Assembly: GCF_036321535.1 (NCBI RefSeq)
Contig: NC_087437.1
Coordinates: forward strand, 14,076,001 to 14,140,000
Direction of reading: 5' to 3'
Origin: Camelus dromedarius
Taxonomy: Eukaryota
Length of the DNA stretch: 64,000 nt
A program made the position numbers and the translations under genes. Below, piece by piece: positions 37,720-64,000 of this stretch. Under the pieces are notes generated by a model. The model was not told the DNA's origin and searched no databases. It was given only the letters and a program-made list of their open reading frames with translations. Numbering within the stretch: position 1 is the first letter of the stretch; each line of letters begins with the position of its first letter.

Positions 37720-39591
37720 GAAACGTGCATGTGTAACCATTATCTGTAGGCTGTTACTATGCTAATCTCCTATTTTGATGATTTTTTTGTTTTGAAGATA
37801 TAAATGTTTAAATTCTATCTCTAGGGGAAAATGTTAGTAAAAAATTGAAAGTGCATTTCCCACTTGTAAAATAAGTTTCTAAAAACCGATTTCAGAAAGT
37901 CCCAAATAGCAAATATGTTCAGTATATTAGTTTTGAGATTTTAGGATACTGTGATTCTTATGTTTTAGAGTGATGTCAGGAAAGTATGGGCATAGTTTTT
38001 CTAGCCCTGAAATTTATTTATGCTGCCTTGGTAGGTCATTTGCTATTATTTTAAAATTTAGTGTATTCATCTGTAAAGTAACTTTTCTGGTTACTAGAGA
38101 TGCTTTGAATTTCAAAAAAGAAAATGCAGTCTTTCTAAATCTCATTTTTGGTACACTAATTTGCTAAGGCTTTATTTATAAGTTTAAAAGTTTATAGTTG
38201 ATAAAGTATTATAGTTAGAACTTACTGTTTTCTAAAGACCTTTTTTTCTGTTCTTAATTGGCACTGCACCCTACTAGTGTCTTATACTGTACCAAATCTA
38301 ATCTAATTTTTTGGTCTGATATTTTCCATTAAAGTGATTATTTTAGCAGAAAAAATCTGGTAACAAGGATCTTTTGTAACTAGAATGCTCTCTTGACAGT
38401 TTGCATGCCTTGAAAATTTGTATATGTAGGCAGCTGACTGTGAGAAATTAATCATCACTGAATTTTACAAAACTAAATAAACCCATAGTGCTTAACCAGA
38501 TTTATAAACACTATTGTTTCTAATGTGAAAGGTGGAAACACACTCCCCAAATTGCCTTAGTACCAAGGCTCTAAATTACAGTAAAACAAACATGTTCTAC
38601 TTTAATCCCTTTTAATTGTTAGTGGGAAGTTAATTTGTGGTACTACTCAGATGTTTTATACAGTGAAAAAAAGTATGTATTTTGGGTTTCTTCATGTAAA
38701 AATACTCCCTGAATACCTACAAACACACTGGCCAACATGAAAAGGTAATAAACATTTAAGAATATTAATGAAGCTTTGACCACCCCACCAAAGTGCATTT
38801 AAAAAAAAATTTCTCTTTCTATAAAGTATTAATGAATGAAAATGAATCATAATTACCATAACTTGGAGCCTATCAATTCAGGTTTATAATTGAGTTGCCT
38901 AAAAGCCACCTTTTTCACTGTGAAAGGTATATATTAATGTGAACATGGTATTCCTATTTGAGAACCTCAAATACAAAGAAATGTCTGCCTCAACTACTTT
39001 TATCTTTTTAAGTAGGCATTCTACATGAGGACATTTGAGTTGGTAATATAATTAGTAACATCAAAATAGTCTTAAAAATTATATTTAAACCTAAATCTCT
39101 TGAAATAGTCAGTATCCCTCAACTATAATTAATAATTTACCATAAAGTCACTTTGAACAATGTAAGTTTTTTTGCACTTTTGGTATGTTTTTCAAGTCCA
39201 AATTGTGTAGGAACAAAGAAAAAAAATGCACATTACCCTTTTGCTAGTTTTTTCTTTTTCAGGGTTCTTCTAGAATATTAATCTTAGATTATTTCCTAAA
39301 GAAGTTTAAGGCATTTAAACTTAATATATTACTTATAATGTATTAAATTACTTAAACCACTAAATCATCAAATTTTAAACTGAAAGATTAATTCTAAAAT
39401 CAATGTCTGGTGTATCTGTGAGTGTAATTACTTTGTGTCTCACAGCTGGCAAACCCAGAAAGATTTATTGTGGTTATATTTTATTTTTTTTTCCCTTTTG
39501 AACTTCTCCCAAAAAGGGGAAGAATGATGCTCATTTTGTAAGATCCTACCTCATTCCTTTTAAGTCACCACTCTAGTGCCTTAGAATTAGA

Positions 39592-39752
39592 CCGCTGCTT
39601 CTCAAACTTATATGCATTATGAATCACCTGGGGATGGAGCTAGACTGCAGATTCTGATCCAGCAGGTCTGGGGAAAGGCTCGAGAGTATGAATTTTTAAT
39701 AAGCTCCCAGGTGGTGCCGATGGTCCTGGTTCACTGACCACCTTGAGTAACA
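39592..39752. mobile_element. MER5A-like DNA transposon
   Basis: CTTCTCAAACTT..GAATCACCTGGGGAT..TGCAGATTCTGAT.CAG.AGGTCTGGG..AAGCTCCCAGGTG. Confidence 0.8.
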
Positions 39753-40864
39753 TTAACCAAAATCCTGTAGAGTCACTGAAGCTCAAGTTGCATAAACTAC
39801 TCGGCAAGTACTGACAACATTCAAGTCTTCTTTGTAATGTTCAACACTTTTCTTAATTATGTAAATATAACCCTCTTCTATAGGAAGAGGGTTTGAAAGA
39901 GGGTGGGAAGGAGAATTTGAAATTGCACTTTTATTTTAAAACAGCAAGTATGGTTGTTACATCTTTCACCTTTACAATGAATACATGTTGGAATCTTACA
40001 AGTATTAAAATTGAAGATTTTATTATATATAAATACATAAATGGTATAAAACAATATCTTAAGCTGGCAATTTATAAAATCTATAAAAATATTTAATTTT
40101 CAGTATAAAATGGCCAACTAATTTAAGTTTGAGATATAAATATTTGAGACAGATTGAGGCCACTTAAGAAAGAAGGTCCTGTCCATATTTTGGGAAAGGT
40201 CAAAGAATGCCATCATCTGTTACTGCATTAATGACCAGGTTATGCAGGTACATTCTACACAGTAAAACAACATACAATGTAGAGAGCCCAGAAGGCAGAG
40301 GGCTCAAGGGAAAAGTAGAAAAAAAAAAAAAAAAGCAGCAGTCAGAGGCTCCTGTTACTAGTTCGTTTTACAGAAGACGATTCATACTTTTCGTAAACAT
40401 CCCTTTTATTCCTTGAAACTTTTTTTTGAGGTAGAAAACTGGGTCAGACTGCTGCAGAAAAGCAAGACGAGGAATGCTGAGGCTAAAGTAGCTTTTGAGA
40501 GATGAGAAGAACCAGAGTTCTCGAACTCCCTGTCTTAGCGGCTTTGCCAGCTCTTGTAGAACAGAGACCAGTCTGCTCTTCATGATCAACTCCTCACGCC
40601 AGACATGTGAGCATTCTGACGTATCTCCATCCTGGGATCCCACACAATAGGAAGGGTAATTCTTTTAAACAGCTAAAACCCGACACAGTCATGACTCAAA
40701 CTTCAGTGGAGTCCAATACAATTTCATACAATTAACAGTTAAATCACACAAAGTAAAAATAAATTTTCTTAAAAACAGTTTTCATGAATTTTAAAGTAAT
40801 GCTCCAAATGTTTCTTAATTATTTCATCCTAATGTACATCTGCAGTGAATTGTAATTGCTGCTA

Positions 40865-62299
<21,435 letters not shown>

Positions 62300-63809
62300 T
62301 CAACTAACCTAAATGCCAAGAAGGAGGATTTACTACAACGACAAGTGGCCAGAAAAGGTCCAGCTGCCGAACAAGTGAAACTTTCCAACAATGGATGTTT
62401 TTATAGTTCTGTCTTAGCTTAAGTCTTAAAGCATAACATGTTCATTGTCAGACAATGAGAATAGGTATGATAAATTGTGTACTAAACTGAATTTTAAAAC
62501 ATGCCTAACTTTAAATTTTTTAATCTAATTAAAAAAAAAAAAACTTCTCAAAAATACTGTTAAACATGGCTCAAAATAGTGGACCAGACTCATGAGACTT
62601 TGCAAATAAATGGAAAACCTAACTCCATCTACAATTATGTAAATCTCAAGTTAACACACAAATACTATCAGCCTCAAGGTTTCAAGATTTTTCTCTTCTC
62701 TAGTCCTTTAGCCTTTACTCATCTAATAAATGATGTGAATCCTTATAAGCAAGATACACTATAAAAAAGATCCAGAGGTAGATTGGGAAAGATTAGAGAG
62801 CTAGTGAAAAATCATTTACTGTAGTAAAGGTTAAAAAAAATTCTAACTTTGTTACAATGTACTATAACTGCAGTGTACTATACCTATTTAAATTCTAGAA
62901 AAATCTTCAAACGAGCTACTAGCATTTCCTACACCACAGGAAAATTGTAAACAATAACCCGTCTCTTAAAAGCATTAAATGAAAGTTTGTCTAGAGAGGC
63001 AAGTTAGTGTGTATACATAGGGCAAAGCTATTACATGATTCAGAATTTGCATAAAAAATGAAAATACTAGCTCTAAGACAAAACAGAAGAAAAAACAAAA
63101 TGAGGAAAAGAAAAAGAAAAAAACTGAAAAAAGGAAAAACAACATGGTTTTAAGGATTAAAAAATTAACAGGAGAAAAACAGCAAATGACATATACTACC
63201 ACTGGAGATAAAATACTACCCAGACATTAAATAACAAAACAGGATATACTCTTAATAAATATAAAAATAAAACAGGAAAATAAAAGAGGGAGGGGAGGTA
63301 AGGAACCTCAACAAAAGGAAATCAAGTTGAAGGAGGCCTTAAATTCGTTTTGGGAGAAGGTTCCTTGACCAGGTGGTCCTCTGGCCACGTGGCCTCTGGC
63401 TAGAGTCTCAGGGTCAATGATGGATTACACTGCAAAGTGCCTGGTAAAGCTTAGGACTCCAAATACTTCCATACATAGTTCAAGTCAGAGCTGGTCCTCA
63501 ATAAAAAAAAAACAAAAATGCTTTGAAAGGGTTAAATCCAATTAGCTAGCAAATGTAGAAAGAAAAATTAACCTCTGATTTAACCTATTTTGTCTTCTAT
63601 GTATATATCTAACTGGTAAAAAAAAAATCTTTATTTGCAGACTAGACTCACCGGTGTGATAATATTCACATTATAAGAAAACTGCTCACTTTACTGAACT
63701 TAAAGTGATAAGCTCTTCAGATTTAAAAATATGATTTAACACCTATACAACAAGTGTTCACGTGCCTCTCAAAGAAAATAATGAAGGTAAATGCGGATTA
63801 TTGAAATCA

Positions 63810-64000
63810 AGGATCACTACTATTTTCTGTAAAGGGCCAGCTGGTAAATTCTTTAGGCTTTGCTGGCCACACAGTCCCTGTTGTAACTACTCATCTCTGC
63901 TGCTGTAGTGTGAAAGCAGCTGTAGATAATACATATATCAATGAACATACCTGCGTTCCAATAAAATTTTACTTATAAAAACAGGTGGCTGACTGGATTT
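63810..64000 (+). mobile_element. MER58A-like DNA transposon (runs to the window end)
   Basis: TTTTCTGTAAAGGGCCAG..GTAAAT..TTTAGGCTTTG..GGCCACACAGTC..ACTACTCA.CTCTGC.GCTGTAGTGTGAAAGCAGC..GTTCCAATAAAA.TTTA.TTATAAAAACAGG. Confidence 0.85.

Overview
Mammalian genomic DNA, probably a camelid, judging from a tRNA-derived SINE at 3437 that resembles camelid Vic-1. The window is the ACAD11-UBA5-NPHP3 locus. ACAD11 coding exons 1-5 lie on the minus strand (ATG at 20950; the gene continues off the left edge). UBA5 is complete on the plus strand: 12 coding exons, 21751-36619, 1215 nt = 404 aa + stop. It shares a CpG-island bidirectional promoter with ACAD11. NPHP3 coding exons 7-27 lie on the minus strand (62246 down to the stop at 40865) and converge on UBA5. 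I placed every exon at GT-AG boundaries by reading the sequence, and the frames join. ACAD11 intron 1 holds an old HSPA8 (HSC70) processed pseudogene with 5'UTR, 3'UTR and poly(A), interrupted by an L1 fragment and an LTR-like insert. The most notable observation is a splice donor overlapping the NPHP3 stop codon (AAG|GTAATA) in exactly the phase of the ACAD11 exon 2 acceptor, which would give an in-frame NPHP3-ACAD11 fusion spliced across the antisense UBA5 gene. NPHP3 exon 21 is also unusually CpG-rich. Exon numbering, repeat family names and human comparisons come from memory, not from database searches.
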